A stretch of DNA of 64,000 nt from Fibrobacteria bacterium. GTDB lineage: Bacteria; Fibrobacterota; Fibrobacteria; UBA11236. The position numbers and the translations under genes are program-made. The stretch lies in the NCBI GenBank assembly GCA_050486505.1, contig JBJHDK010000001.1, forward strand, positions 12,674 to 76,673, given 5' to 3'. The notes under the pieces are model-generated. The model made no database searches, was not told the DNA's origin, and worked only from the letters and a program-made list of their open reading frames with translations. The stretch's first letter is position 1; each line of letters opens with the position of its first letter. This document shows positions 53,840 to 62,626 of this stretch, piece after piece.

Positions 53840-54793
53840 ATGGCGGTCGATATAACAGAATGGATGACTCCGGACGGGGGTGTGCTACGCTGCCCCGACT
53901 GCGGCGGGGGGCTGGAGTTCGTCCCCTCCCGTGAGCCGGGATCCGACGGGCTCCCCCATGGCAGCTTGGTCTGCATGGAGTGCTCCCGCACATATCCCGT
54001 GATCCGCGGGATCCCCCGGTTCGTGGATTCAGACGAATACGTCTCCAACTTCAGCTTCGAGTGGAAGGTCCATAAGCGCACGCAGTTCGATGCGGGCAAG
54101 CGCCGCGAGTCCGAGACGAACTTTTACCTGCGCTTCGGGAAGGATCCCGAATTCTTTCGCGGCAAGCGCGTGCTCGACGTGGGTGTGGGTTCGGGCCGCT
54201 ACGCGCAGGTGCCGCTGGAGGCGGGCGCGGAGGTGTGGGGCGTGGATCTGAGTTATGCGGTCGAGGTGGCGCGCGAGAACCTTGCGGGGTTTCCGAAGGC
54301 GCGCGTGGCCCAGGCGGATGTGTTCAACCTGCCCTTTGCTCCGGAGAGTTTCGATGTGATTTACAGCTTCGGGGTGCTGCACCACACGCCCGATCCGCGC
54401 GGAGCCTTCGAGGCGCTGTTGAAGCTGCTGAAGCCGGGCGGGGTGATCTGCCTGACGCTGTATCCCGATTACGGGATGTACCACAATTCCCGCTTGGTGC
54501 GCAAGCTGACGACGCGCCTGCCGGCGTCGGTGTTGTATCCGCTGAGCGTGGTCGCGACGGCGCTGTTGTACGTGCCCTACAGATTCCTGGGTCTGCGGCT
54601 GGCGTGGCTGCCGATCAGCCTGTCGCCGAAGCTGCGCGAGGCGATTCTCGACACCTACGACTGTTATTCGCCGAAGTATCAGTTCACCTACGGGGTTGAC
54701 GAGGTGTTCGCGTGGTTCCGCGATGCGGGGCTGCACGAGATCGAAGCGCGCCCGCAGCCGGTGACGGTGTTGGGGTGGAAGGCGGGAGATTGA
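53840..54793 (+). CDS. Class I SAM-dependent methyltransferase with N-terminal Trm112-like zinc ribbon
   Basis: CPDCGG..17..CMECSRTYPVIRGIPRF, then VLDVGVGSGRYA, FGVLHHTPDP, KPGGVICL. Confidence 0.8.
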   Translation: MAVDITEWMTPDGGVLRCPDCGGGLEFVPSREPGSDGLPHGSLVCMECSRTYPVIRGIPRFVDSDEYVSNFSFEWKVHKRTQFDAGKRRESETNFYLRFGKDPEFFRGKRVLDVGVGSGRYAQVPLEAGAEVWGVDLSYAVEVARENLAGFPKARVAQADVFNLPFAPESFDVIYSFGVLHHTPDPRGAFEALLKLLKPGGVICLTLYPDYGMYHNSRLVRKLTTRLPASVLYPLSVVATALLYVPYRFLGLRLAWLPISLSPKLREAILDTYDCYSPKYQFTYGVDEVFAWFRDAGLHEIEARPQPVTVLGWKAGD

Positions 54794-55905
54794 TGCGGCT
54801 GACCTTGGTGATTCCCTCGCTGAATTGCGGTGGTGCGGAACGTGTGATGAGTATAATGGCCAATCATTGGGCCGCACAAGGAGGCTCCGTACATTTGGTG
54901 ACTTATGACGATGGGGGCGAGCGGCCTTACTATCCCCTCGATCCTTGGGTCGAGTTGCGCCCGCTGGGGTTGTCCTCGACAAAGAAAAGCCTGGTCGCCG
55001 AGGGAGGTTTGTTCTGGAAACGCCTTCGCTCCCTGCGCCGGGAAATCAGGGCCAGCAAACCCGAGGCGGTCATCAGCTTCATGGAGTCCACCAATGTGCT
55101 TTGTATTTTGGCGACTCTCGGAACGGGCATTCCGGTGATGGTTGCGGAGCGGAATGATCCCGAGAAAAAGGATACCGTAAAGCAAATCTGGAAATTGCTG
55201 CGGCGTTGGACCTATCCGCTCGCCCGCAGCGTGGTGGTGCAGACGGAGCGCATGGGGGATTATTTCCGTCCGCGTCTTGATGGGAAAATCGACGTCATTC
55301 CCAATCCGGTGCTTCTTCCGGAGTCCGATGAGTCGGTGGATCCCGGTCACGATGTGGATTCCAGGACAATCGTTTCCTTCGGGAGACTCTATCCCCAAAA
55401 AGGCTACGATCTGCTCTTGCAAGCCTTTGCACGGATCCACGAAAAATTTCCTGAATGGAAGCTGGCCATCTTCGGGATCGGCAAAGACCGCGATCAACTT
55501 CTCTCGCTTGTGTCCGATCTCGGAATCGGCGGGAAGGTGAAGTTTCCCGGCCGCACGAATCATCCGTATGCCGTTTTAAAGCGTGCAGGGCTGTATGTTT
55601 CTTCCTCCCGCTACGAAGGTTTCCCCAACGCGCTGTGCGAAGCCATGGCATCCGGTTTGCCCGTCGTCGCCACGGATTGCCCAACGGGACCGCGCGAGAT
55701 CATCACCGATGGCGAGGACGGTCTGCTCGTGCCTCCCGAAGACATAGATGCCTTGGCGGCGGCCATGAATCGCATGATGAGCGATGAAGCCATGCGCCAT
55801 CGGATCGGCGGGAATGCGGGCAAGATCACGGAGCGATTCGGGATCGACTCCGTCATGGGGCAATGGGAAGCGGTATTGAAAACACGATGTGGCGTGAGCG
55901 CATGA
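54793..55905 (+). CDS. Glycosyltransferase family 4, paralogue of 51658..52809
   Basis: ATG overlaps the upstream stop (TGATG). MRLTLVIPSLNCGGAERV and SSRYEGFPNALCEAMASGLPVVATD. Confidence 0.85.
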   Translation: MRLTLVIPSLNCGGAERVMSIMANHWAAQGGSVHLVTYDDGGERPYYPLDPWVELRPLGLSSTKKSLVAEGGLFWKRLRSLRREIRASKPEAVISFMESTNVLCILATLGTGIPVMVAERNDPEKKDTVKQIWKLLRRWTYPLARSVVVQTERMGDYFRPRLDGKIDVIPNPVLLPESDESVDPGHDVDSRTIVSFGRLYPQKGYDLLLQAFARIHEKFPEWKLAIFGIGKDRDQLLSLVSDLGIGGKVKFPGRTNHPYAVLKRAGLYVSSSRYEGFPNALCEAMASGLPVVATDCPTGPREIITDGEDGLLVPPEDIDALAAAMNRMMSDEAMRHRIGGNAGKITERFGIDSVMGQWEAVLKTRCGVSA

Positions 55906-55957
55906 AGCGCTGGTTTCCGGGCTTTCTGTGTTGGAGTATAAGGAGCAAAGGGAAGCT

Positions 55958-57061
55958 ATGAGGCTGACTTTGGTCATCGGAACCCTTGATCCTCCGGCCG
56001 GGGCTCAGCGGGTGTTGTGTCTTATGGCCAACCACTGGGCGGCAAAAGGCGAGGAGGTTTCGTTGCTCACCTTGAGTGCGACCACGCCGCCTTTTTATCC
56101 GTTGCATCCCCGCGTTGCGTACCGCCCCCTCAATTACCGGTGGGGACGGCGGGGCATCATTCCGGCTTGGGTGGCATTTGTGCGCAACATGCTGCGATTT
56201 CGTGCGGATCTGCTGGCTACCCGCCCCGACGCGGTCATCAGTTTCATTGATGAGAATAACGTTCGCGTACTCATGGCGCTTGCGGGTTCGAGGGTACCCG
56301 TCCTGGTCTCAGAGCGTTGCGATCCTTTTGAACATCGCATGCGTCCCACATGGAACTTCCTCAGGCGGCTCGTTTATCCCTTGGCGAGCGCCATCGTGGT
56401 GCAGACCGCGCGCGCCGGCCGTTACTTTAGCCCCCGGCTTGATGAGCGGCTGGAACTCATACCAAATCCGGTGCCCGCGGTTGATCAGAACGTGGAAGCC
56501 GACCATCTGCTCGAGCCGAATACCGTGGTGTCGATGGGGCGGCTTAGTCCCCAGAAAGGGTATGATCTGCTCGTGCGCGCTTTCTCAGCTCTGGATCCCG
56601 CCCATGCGGGTTGGAAGCTTGTGATTTTCGGGGTCGGGGAGGATCGTGAGCAGTTGGAGGAGTTGGTTCGTACTCTGGGGATGGAAGGCCGGATCCGGTT
56701 CCCGGGGCGCACGAAGACGGTTCATGCCGTGATGAGGCAGGCGGAGCTATTTGTATCGTCATCCCGTTACGAGGGTTTCCCCAACGTGCTTTGTGAGGCC
56801 ATGGCCTGCGGTCTTGCCGTAATCGCCACAGACTGTCCGAGCGGCCCGCGCGAGATTGTCACCCACGAGGCTGATGGCTTGTTGGTTCCGAATGAGGATG
56901 TCGAAGCCTTGACTCGCGCGATGGATTTACTGATGGGTGATGAAGCGCTTCGGCGCAAGCTGGGTGACCGCGCGCGAGCCATCTCGGAGCGCTATGGCAT
57001 TGATGCGATCATGGCGCTGTGGGATCGGGCGTTGCGGGAGAAGTGCGGGGTTTCGGCTTGA
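55958..57061 (+). CDS. Glycosyltransferase family 4, third paralogue
   Basis: MRLTLVIGTLDPPAGAQRV and SSRYEGFPNVLCEAMACGLAVIATD. The C-terminus ..LREKCGVSA parallels ..LKTRCGVSA of the previous gene. Confidence 0.85.
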   Translation: MRLTLVIGTLDPPAGAQRVLCLMANHWAAKGEEVSLLTLSATTPPFYPLHPRVAYRPLNYRWGRRGIIPAWVAFVRNMLRFRADLLATRPDAVISFIDENNVRVLMALAGSRVPVLVSERCDPFEHRMRPTWNFLRRLVYPLASAIVVQTARAGRYFSPRLDERLELIPNPVPAVDQNVEADHLLEPNTVVSMGRLSPQKGYDLLVRAFSALDPAHAGWKLVIFGVGEDREQLEELVRTLGMEGRIRFPGRTKTVHAVMRQAELFVSSSRYEGFPNVLCEAMACGLAVIATDCPSGPREIVTHEADGLLVPNEDVEALTRAMDLLMGDEALRRKLGDRARAISERYGIDAIMALWDRALREKCGVSA

Positions 57062-58238
57062 CTCTGGTTGTCGGTCCAAGCATTCCGAAAGATCGCGCGA
57101 TGTATTCTGCCCGCTTGTCCCACGTATAGTGCTTCAGGAACCGTTCGCGGGCATTGCGGCCCAACGATTCCCGGAGCTCCCGATTCTCGCCAAGTTTGCG
57201 GATGGCCACCACCCATGCGTCGCCGTTGTCTGGCGGCACCATGATTGCGCAGGTTTCGTCGAGGATTTCACGCAGCACGGGCAGGTCTGAACAAATGATC
57301 GGCTTGCCCGCGGCCATATATTCAAATAGTTTCAGCGGCGACATGTAGCGCCCGATGTCCACTCCGCCGCCGCCCGCAGCTCCCACGTTGCGCTGGTAGG
57401 GAGCGAGCAGAATATCCATTTCGTATTGCCGTCTTGAAACTTCCGAATGGGGAAGATGGCCGTGGAATCGCACGTTTTTGGTTACGGGCATGGATTGCCA
57501 GCGAAGGATGTCTTGCTCCATTCCACCGAAGACGTGCAGTTCGACTTCGGGAAGGGTGGGGAGCGCCTTCGCGAGATCGGCGATGCGCTCCATTCCTTTC
57601 CCAGGATACAGGTGGCCGAAGTACCCGACCTTGAGGGGACCGGATTTCGTTACAGCGGCGCTTGCTTCGCGGTCGTCGGCTCCGTCGTGTGCGATGAGAA
57701 GTGGCTTGCGCTGGAGAATGGGGGTGTCTTCGGAGACCGCATTTTTTAGGGCACCGGAGATGACCACGGTTCCCCGATAAGAGGGGGAGCAGGCGAGTCG
57801 GGAAAGCATGTACCGGAAAAGGAGGCGCATGTGCGGGCGCATTTCGGCGATCTGAACCGAAAGCGGCATGTGCAGTTCCAAGGCGCAGGGGACCCCGGCG
57901 CGGGAGGCGGCATAGACTGCAAGCAGATCCCTGCCGTAAGCAAAGTCAGGTCGAATACGCTCGATTTCGCCACGCCAGGTTTTATAGAGGGCCACAAGCT
58001 TCGGCCGCCCGGGGCGCGGTGCGAGCTTTTTAAGAGTGAAGACGGGGGGGACGCCGTAGAAGCCGAACGGATCCGGGTGCGGGAGCTCTTCATGAACTTC
58101 GCTTTGGGCGGGCCGTTCGGTCGTCAGTAAGGTGACATCGAGCCCAAGGTTCGCGAACGAGCGGCACATCTTCATGACATGCACGCTGTTCGCCGTTCTG
58201 GACGGGATGGTGGAGTTTGCGAGGTAGAGAAGTTTCAA
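57009..58238 (-). CDS. Glycosyltransferase family 4/1
   Basis: MKLLYLANSTIPSRTANSVHVMKM N-terminal GT4 domain, C-terminal PLKLFEYMAAGKPIICSD. Its 3' end overlaps the convergent GT gene by 53 nt. Confidence 0.8.
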   Translation of the reverse strand: MKLLYLANSTIPSRTANSVHVMKMCRSFANLGLDVTLLTTERPAQSEVHEELPHPDPFGFYGVPPVFTLKKLAPRPGRPKLVALYKTWRGEIERIRPDFAYGRDLLAVYAASRAGVPCALELHMPLSVQIAEMRPHMRLLFRYMLSRLACSPSYRGTVVISGALKNAVSEDTPILQRKPLLIAHDGADDREASAAVTKSGPLKVGYFGHLYPGKGMERIADLAKALPTLPEVELHVFGGMEQDILRWQSMPVTKNVRFHGHLPHSEVSRRQYEMDILLAPYQRNVGAAGGGGVDIGRYMSPLKLFEYMAAGKPIICSDLPVLREILDETCAIMVPPDNGDAWVVAIRKLGENRELRESLGRNARERFLKHYTWDKRAEYIARSFGMLGPTTRVKPKPRTSPATPDPTAP

Positions 58239-58260
58239 GAGTGTACCCGAGTATGTGTCG

Positions 58261-58959
58261 CTAGTCTCGTGTCGTAATGCCTTTTATTCTTTTCTTGTTG
58301 ATTCTGATTTCTTCCTCAAACCTCCGTCGCACTCTTCGGAACCAAGTGAGCGGCGGTACGCGTCGTCCCAAGCCCTCTTCCCTAGTGTATTGGCATGGTT
58401 TACAGTATCCGCAGGGATTACTGCCACGAGGATCGTGGCAGAACCACGTTATTTCCATCAGGTCCGCAAACCCATTTTTCTCGGCATATGCTTGCATTTC
58501 GAGCTTAGTCAGACGTAACAAAGGGAGAGAAAATACGGAAAAATCATTGAAGTCGTCGCTTCCGATGAAGTTGACGAACTTGTCGTCGACATGTATGCAA
58601 AGTTCCAAGTCCCGTATGTTTTCATTTTTTACCAAGCTCGCCAAGAACAAATACTGGTCCCCAATATGTCCCTTTTTCAGCAAGGACTGGAAGGTGTTGC
58701 GCATTTCAATGGAGACTTGTATGTGATTTTTGTGGTAAAAAATTGTAGGAAGAACTCTTTTTGCTGCATCTGGATCCTTTCTTGAAAGGCCCTCACGAAT
58801 CGCCTCCATTGATGCCATTTCCATTTTTGTCCCCCGCCTTTCAGGGGCGATGACGTAGTATGGTCTGACGTAGACTTTCTGTTTCAAGACGAGATCTAGA
58901 ACCCTGAATGTGGAGTCCCAACCCGAAGTCCATAAGACGCTGTGTATGCGTGGAGACAT
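58261..58959 (-). CDS. PP-loop ATPase of the QueC/ExsB-like adenine-nucleotide alpha-hydrolase type
   Basis: N-terminal LWTSGWDST (degenerate SGGxDS PP-loop) and a C-terminal Cys cluster CHD..CGYCKPC, like the QueC zinc site. Very low G+C (about 35% in one 60-nt line). Confidence 0.5.
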   Translation of the reverse strand: MSPRIHSVLWTSGWDSTFRVLDLVLKQKVYVRPYYVIAPERRGTKMEMASMEAIREGLSRKDPDAAKRVLPTIFYHKNHIQVSIEMRNTFQSLLKKGHIGDQYLFLASLVKNENIRDLELCIHVDDKFVNFIGSDDFNDFSVFSLPLLRLTKLEMQAYAEKNGFADLMEITWFCHDPRGSNPCGYCKPCQYTREEGLGRRVPPLTWFRRVRRRFEEEIRINKKRIKGITTRD

Positions 58960-59136
58960 GGCTTCCCCCTTGGTTCAGTTGGCCTAGTTTTTTGAGTTTT
59001 CCTGAGTGGTTATACCCTGGTAGTCCCGTGGGCATGAGCTAGTTAACATTTGCCATAGTGCGGAAATTGGTCGCTTTGAGGCACACAAATAGCTAAAATT
59101 TACCGCACTTTGACTAAGTACCCGCCTTTTTAGATC

Positions 59137-60522
59137 ATGCCCATCCCTTACACCAAATTTCGTGTCATTGCACGAAGCCCGAAACGACATGTCATGGGGT
59201 GGCTCCGTGACGCGTTGATGCGTCGACTGCTTCAGAACTCCGGTTGGCTTCTCAGCGGGACCGTCATGGCCACGGCCATCAGCCTGGTCAGCATTGTCAT
59301 CAAGACGCGTGCTCTTGGCGCCGAGGCCTTTGGAATGTTCGCCGTGTTTCTTGCCTACGCAGGTACGATGGAGATATTGGGGGCGTTTCGCCCGTGGCGG
59401 GGATTGATCAAGTTCGGTGCCGAGGCCAGGCAACGCAAGAACCCTGTGGAATTTATGTCGTACGTGAAGATGTCTTTCGTCCTGGATATGCTCGGCGCCT
59501 TGCTGGGCGTGGGGTTGGCCTTGGCGGGAGTGTACGCATTTTCGCGATGGCAAGGTTGGGGGCCGGAAGCGATGTGGATGCTTACGGTGATGAGCTTGGG
59601 TATCATGTTCAGGTTGACAGGAACCCCGATCGGAGTGCTCCGGCTGCTGGACCGGTTCAAACTCTTCACGGTACAGCGAGTGCTTGAGGCCGTGGTGGGG
59701 CTTCTCGGGAGTATTCTTGTTTTTTGGATGGGATACGGTCTTTGGGGGTTCGTCGCGGTCACGGTGTTCACGTCATTCGTGAGTGGAATCCTGTTGCTTG
59801 GGAGTACTGTGTACGTCTTGAAGCAGGATGGTTATTGGTCAAACTGGTCTGCGGCGAAGATGGCGGACTGGAAGCCATTCTTCCGGTTTTCTGGGTGGAC
59901 CTACTTGTCGTCCACCCTTGTGGTTCCCATGCGGCATCTGGACGTGGTCATCGTCTCGGCAGCCCTAAGCCTGGAGGAAGCCGGCATCTATCGAATCGTG
60001 AAGCAGGTCGCTGGCTTGTTGGAACAATTGGCTGATCCTGTATATCAGGCCGTCTACCCGCAATTCGCCACCATCATTGCCTCGGGCGATCTCAAGGGAA
60101 GCATGAAGTACGCGCTCAAAGTCGGGGGAATTATCGCGCTTGTTATTCTACCCGTTGGCAGTATTCTCATGGGAACTTCTTTTTGGTGGTTGGGAGCGGT
60201 ATTCGGCGCAGGTTTCGCTGCGGGCTTGTTTGCGCTTAACCTCTTCTTGCTGGTCAAGATGCTGTTCGTCCCCACGCTCCCTGTGCATCCGTTGTTTGTT
60301 GCTGCGGGATATGTGCGTCAGAATGTGTGGATACTCGCAGGTTCAAGCGCGGTTTATCTTGCATTGGCGTGGCCTTTGGCTCACTGGATGGGTCTGACAG
60401 GAATGGTTCTTGCGTGGCTGGTGCAAGCTTTTATGGCCGTGGCGTTTAAGTCAATCTTACTTGTGAAGGCAGGAACTCTTGTTTCGGTGGCACGTAACGA
60501 GAATCGCCTTGGAGAGGCCTGA
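59137..60522 (+). CDS. Wzx-type oligosaccharide flippase (MOP superfamily)
   Basis: About 12-14 TM segments, N-terminal LLQNSGWLLSGTVMATAISLVSIVIKTRALGAEAFG. The true start may be Met at 59194 or 59218. Confidence 0.7.
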   Translation: MPIPYTKFRVIARSPKRHVMGWLRDALMRRLLQNSGWLLSGTVMATAISLVSIVIKTRALGAEAFGMFAVFLAYAGTMEILGAFRPWRGLIKFGAEARQRKNPVEFMSYVKMSFVLDMLGALLGVGLALAGVYAFSRWQGWGPEAMWMLTVMSLGIMFRLTGTPIGVLRLLDRFKLFTVQRVLEAVVGLLGSILVFWMGYGLWGFVAVTVFTSFVSGILLLGSTVYVLKQDGYWSNWSAAKMADWKPFFRFSGWTYLSSTLVVPMRHLDVVIVSAALSLEEAGIYRIVKQVAGLLEQLADPVYQAVYPQFATIIASGDLKGSMKYALKVGGIIALVILPVGSILMGTSFWWLGAVFGAGFAAGLFALNLFLLVKMLFVPTLPVHPLFVAAGYVRQNVWILAGSSAVYLALAWPLAHWMGLTGMVLAWLVQAFMAVAFKSILLVKAGTLVSVARNENRLGEA

Positions 60523-61809
60523 ATGAATTTCAACAGAGATCTCATGCTTTTTCTGCACTTTGGTTATGTGCCGCGACATGAAATTTCCCCGGAAGGAAGG
60601 ATGTTGATCGACAGCCTTTCCGGTGAGCGTCCTGACTGGAGAGGAGTTCGGGAGGCCGAGCTTGTTGAGCGAGGCGCAGGTATCTTGAAAAAGCTGGTGC
60701 GGGATCGTCTCTCCATGGATGACATGAATAAGACACATGTTATTCCGCTTAGTGGGGGACTTGACTCTCGGGCGGTCCTTGCAGGACTTCTCGATAACAT
60801 TCCTAAAAGTCAGATTATGGCGGTGACCTTTGGCGCTGAAGGCTCTCTCGATCTGGAAATCGGAAGGCGTATCGCAGAGCATACAGGAATTCGTCATCAT
60901 ACTGTCAACCTTGGAGCGCCTGAATGGGTATGGCGTGAAGAGGTGCTACTTCGCATGGCAGTAAAAGTTCCCCCGATCGCAATTTTTGAATCGTACGTGA
61001 ACCATTACTTGCCGACTCTTTTTGGCGTCAATGCTGTTTACTGGAGCGGTTTTTCGGCCGGCTTTATCGCGGGAAGCAGGCTTCCGATTAAACCAAGTGA
61101 AACTTGGGATGCCGCAATCGGTGCAATTATTCGGAAAGATCAGTATTCCAAATCCCCTGGCCTTCTTCCTCCGGGCTGCGATCTTGCAAGGCTGCTTCCC
61201 GAAAAGCCATTTACCGACAGTGCGATTCTGTCGTACGATGATCAGGTGGATTTTTTTCTGAGGCAGTCATGTTTTATAAGGCATGCAGTGCTGCCGGTTG
61301 GTTACGATTACAGGGCGCCTTTCCTGCATCCGGAGTGGGTGCGATTCATGATGACCTTGCCAGCAGAGCATCGGCAAGGTTCGCGTCTTTACAAGAAAAC
61401 ATTATGCATTGCCTATCCTGAGCTTTTTGGGCTGCCGACCAAAAACAATGGCGGCCTGCCGCTAACGGTGCCGGACTGGCGGCTCTATCTGGATAGTCGT
61501 ATTCGAAGAGTGATGAGTCTTGCGCGCGATGTCCTTCATGTTCCCCAAATACAGCCGGGCAAGAACAAATACGTCGACTTTGATCAGGAACTCAGAAAGC
61601 GTTCTGACTTGAAGAAGGTTGTCCTCGCTTCTCTGGATGGATTGCGTACTCGAGGGGATGTCGCATGGGTGGACGCGATTGGACTCTGGAATCGCCATCA
61701 GGCCCTGACGGGCGATTATTCAAGAGCTTTATTGTTGCTTGCGGGGGCCGAGTTGTTTTTCAAGGCCGGACGCTTTCGTCTGGATTGGAATGGGCAAGAG
61801 AAGGTTTAG
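60523..61809 (+). CDS. Asparagine-synthase-like PP-loop protein lacking the glutaminase domain
   Basis: VIPLSGGLDSRAVL PP-loop, no N-terminal Cys nucleophile, 428 aa. Confidence 0.65.
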   Translation: MNFNRDLMLFLHFGYVPRHEISPEGRMLIDSLSGERPDWRGVREAELVERGAGILKKLVRDRLSMDDMNKTHVIPLSGGLDSRAVLAGLLDNIPKSQIMAVTFGAEGSLDLEIGRRIAEHTGIRHHTVNLGAPEWVWREEVLLRMAVKVPPIAIFESYVNHYLPTLFGVNAVYWSGFSAGFIAGSRLPIKPSETWDAAIGAIIRKDQYSKSPGLLPPGCDLARLLPEKPFTDSAILSYDDQVDFFLRQSCFIRHAVLPVGYDYRAPFLHPEWVRFMMTLPAEHRQGSRLYKKTLCIAYPELFGLPTKNNGGLPLTVPDWRLYLDSRIRRVMSLARDVLHVPQIQPGKNKYVDFDQELRKRSDLKKVVLASLDGLRTRGDVAWVDAIGLWNRHQALTGDYSRALLLLAGAELFFKAGRFRLDWNGQEKV

Positions 61810-61883
61810 CTTTTGGCGCTCATGGAGATGAATCAGCCTGGGAGATCTGCCGGTATCCGGTCAGCCCACCGAACGGAGACATA

Positions 61884-62582
61884 ATGAAGTTTTTTGACGA
61901 CAGAGTTCATAAGATTCCTCGCCAATGGTCCAATGCCGAGCTCGCGAGATTCGCTCACCTGTTTTCCGGTGATGTTGTCAATGTCAGCGGTTGGATGGAT
62001 ATCGACAAGGAGGGGCGTAGATACAAGGACTATTTCAAAAATGCATCAAGCTATTCGATCACGAACTTCAAATCAGAAGCCAGGGGGTTTCAGGGGTTTG
62101 AGAACGAGATTTTCCTTGATCTTGAGCAGAACCTTCCTGAAGATCTCAAGCGGAAGTTTGATGTTGTATTCAATCATACGACCCTTGAGCACATTTTCGA
62201 GGTTGATCGCGCGTTTTCCAATCTATGTGAAATGTCCAAAGACGTAGTAATAGTGGTATTGCCTTTTCTGCAACAGTATCATGCTGACTACGGCGACTAC
62301 TGGCGCTTTTCACCGCAGGCTGCCAAGAGACTATTCGAGAAGAACGGCATGGAGCTGGTATACCAGAGCTTCAATGGCGATTTGTGTAGTTCCGTCTACG
62401 TCTTCTCGATTGCCGTGCGTAATCCGGAGAAATGGAAAGAAAAGTTCAACTGGACATATTCCTGTGTGGAACCCAAAGGGCACGGCGATGAACCTTATGT
62501 TGGTTGCCGCGCGATTCCAAACTGGCCGTATCGCATGCTTAATTGGGCCAAGGCGTTTGTCGCGAAGGTCTGGGTAAAATGA
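61884..62582 (+). CDS. Putative methyltransferase-like protein
   Basis: ATG is preceded by GGAGA. FDVVFNHTTLEHIFEVDRAFSNLCEMSKDVVIVV resembles the post-motif-II part of Methyltransf_11/23 proteins, but motif I is not clear. Confidence 0.4.
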   Translation: MKFFDDRVHKIPRQWSNAELARFAHLFSGDVVNVSGWMDIDKEGRRYKDYFKNASSYSITNFKSEARGFQGFENEIFLDLEQNLPEDLKRKFDVVFNHTTLEHIFEVDRAFSNLCEMSKDVVIVVLPFLQQYHADYGDYWRFSPQAAKRLFEKNGMELVYQSFNGDLCSSVYVFSIAVRNPEKWKEKFNWTYSCVEPKGHGDEPYVGCRAIPNWPYRMLNWAKAFVAKVWVK

Positions 62583-62626
62583 CATTGATTCATTGACTCT
62601 TCAGATGCGGAATTAAGAGCCTTACA

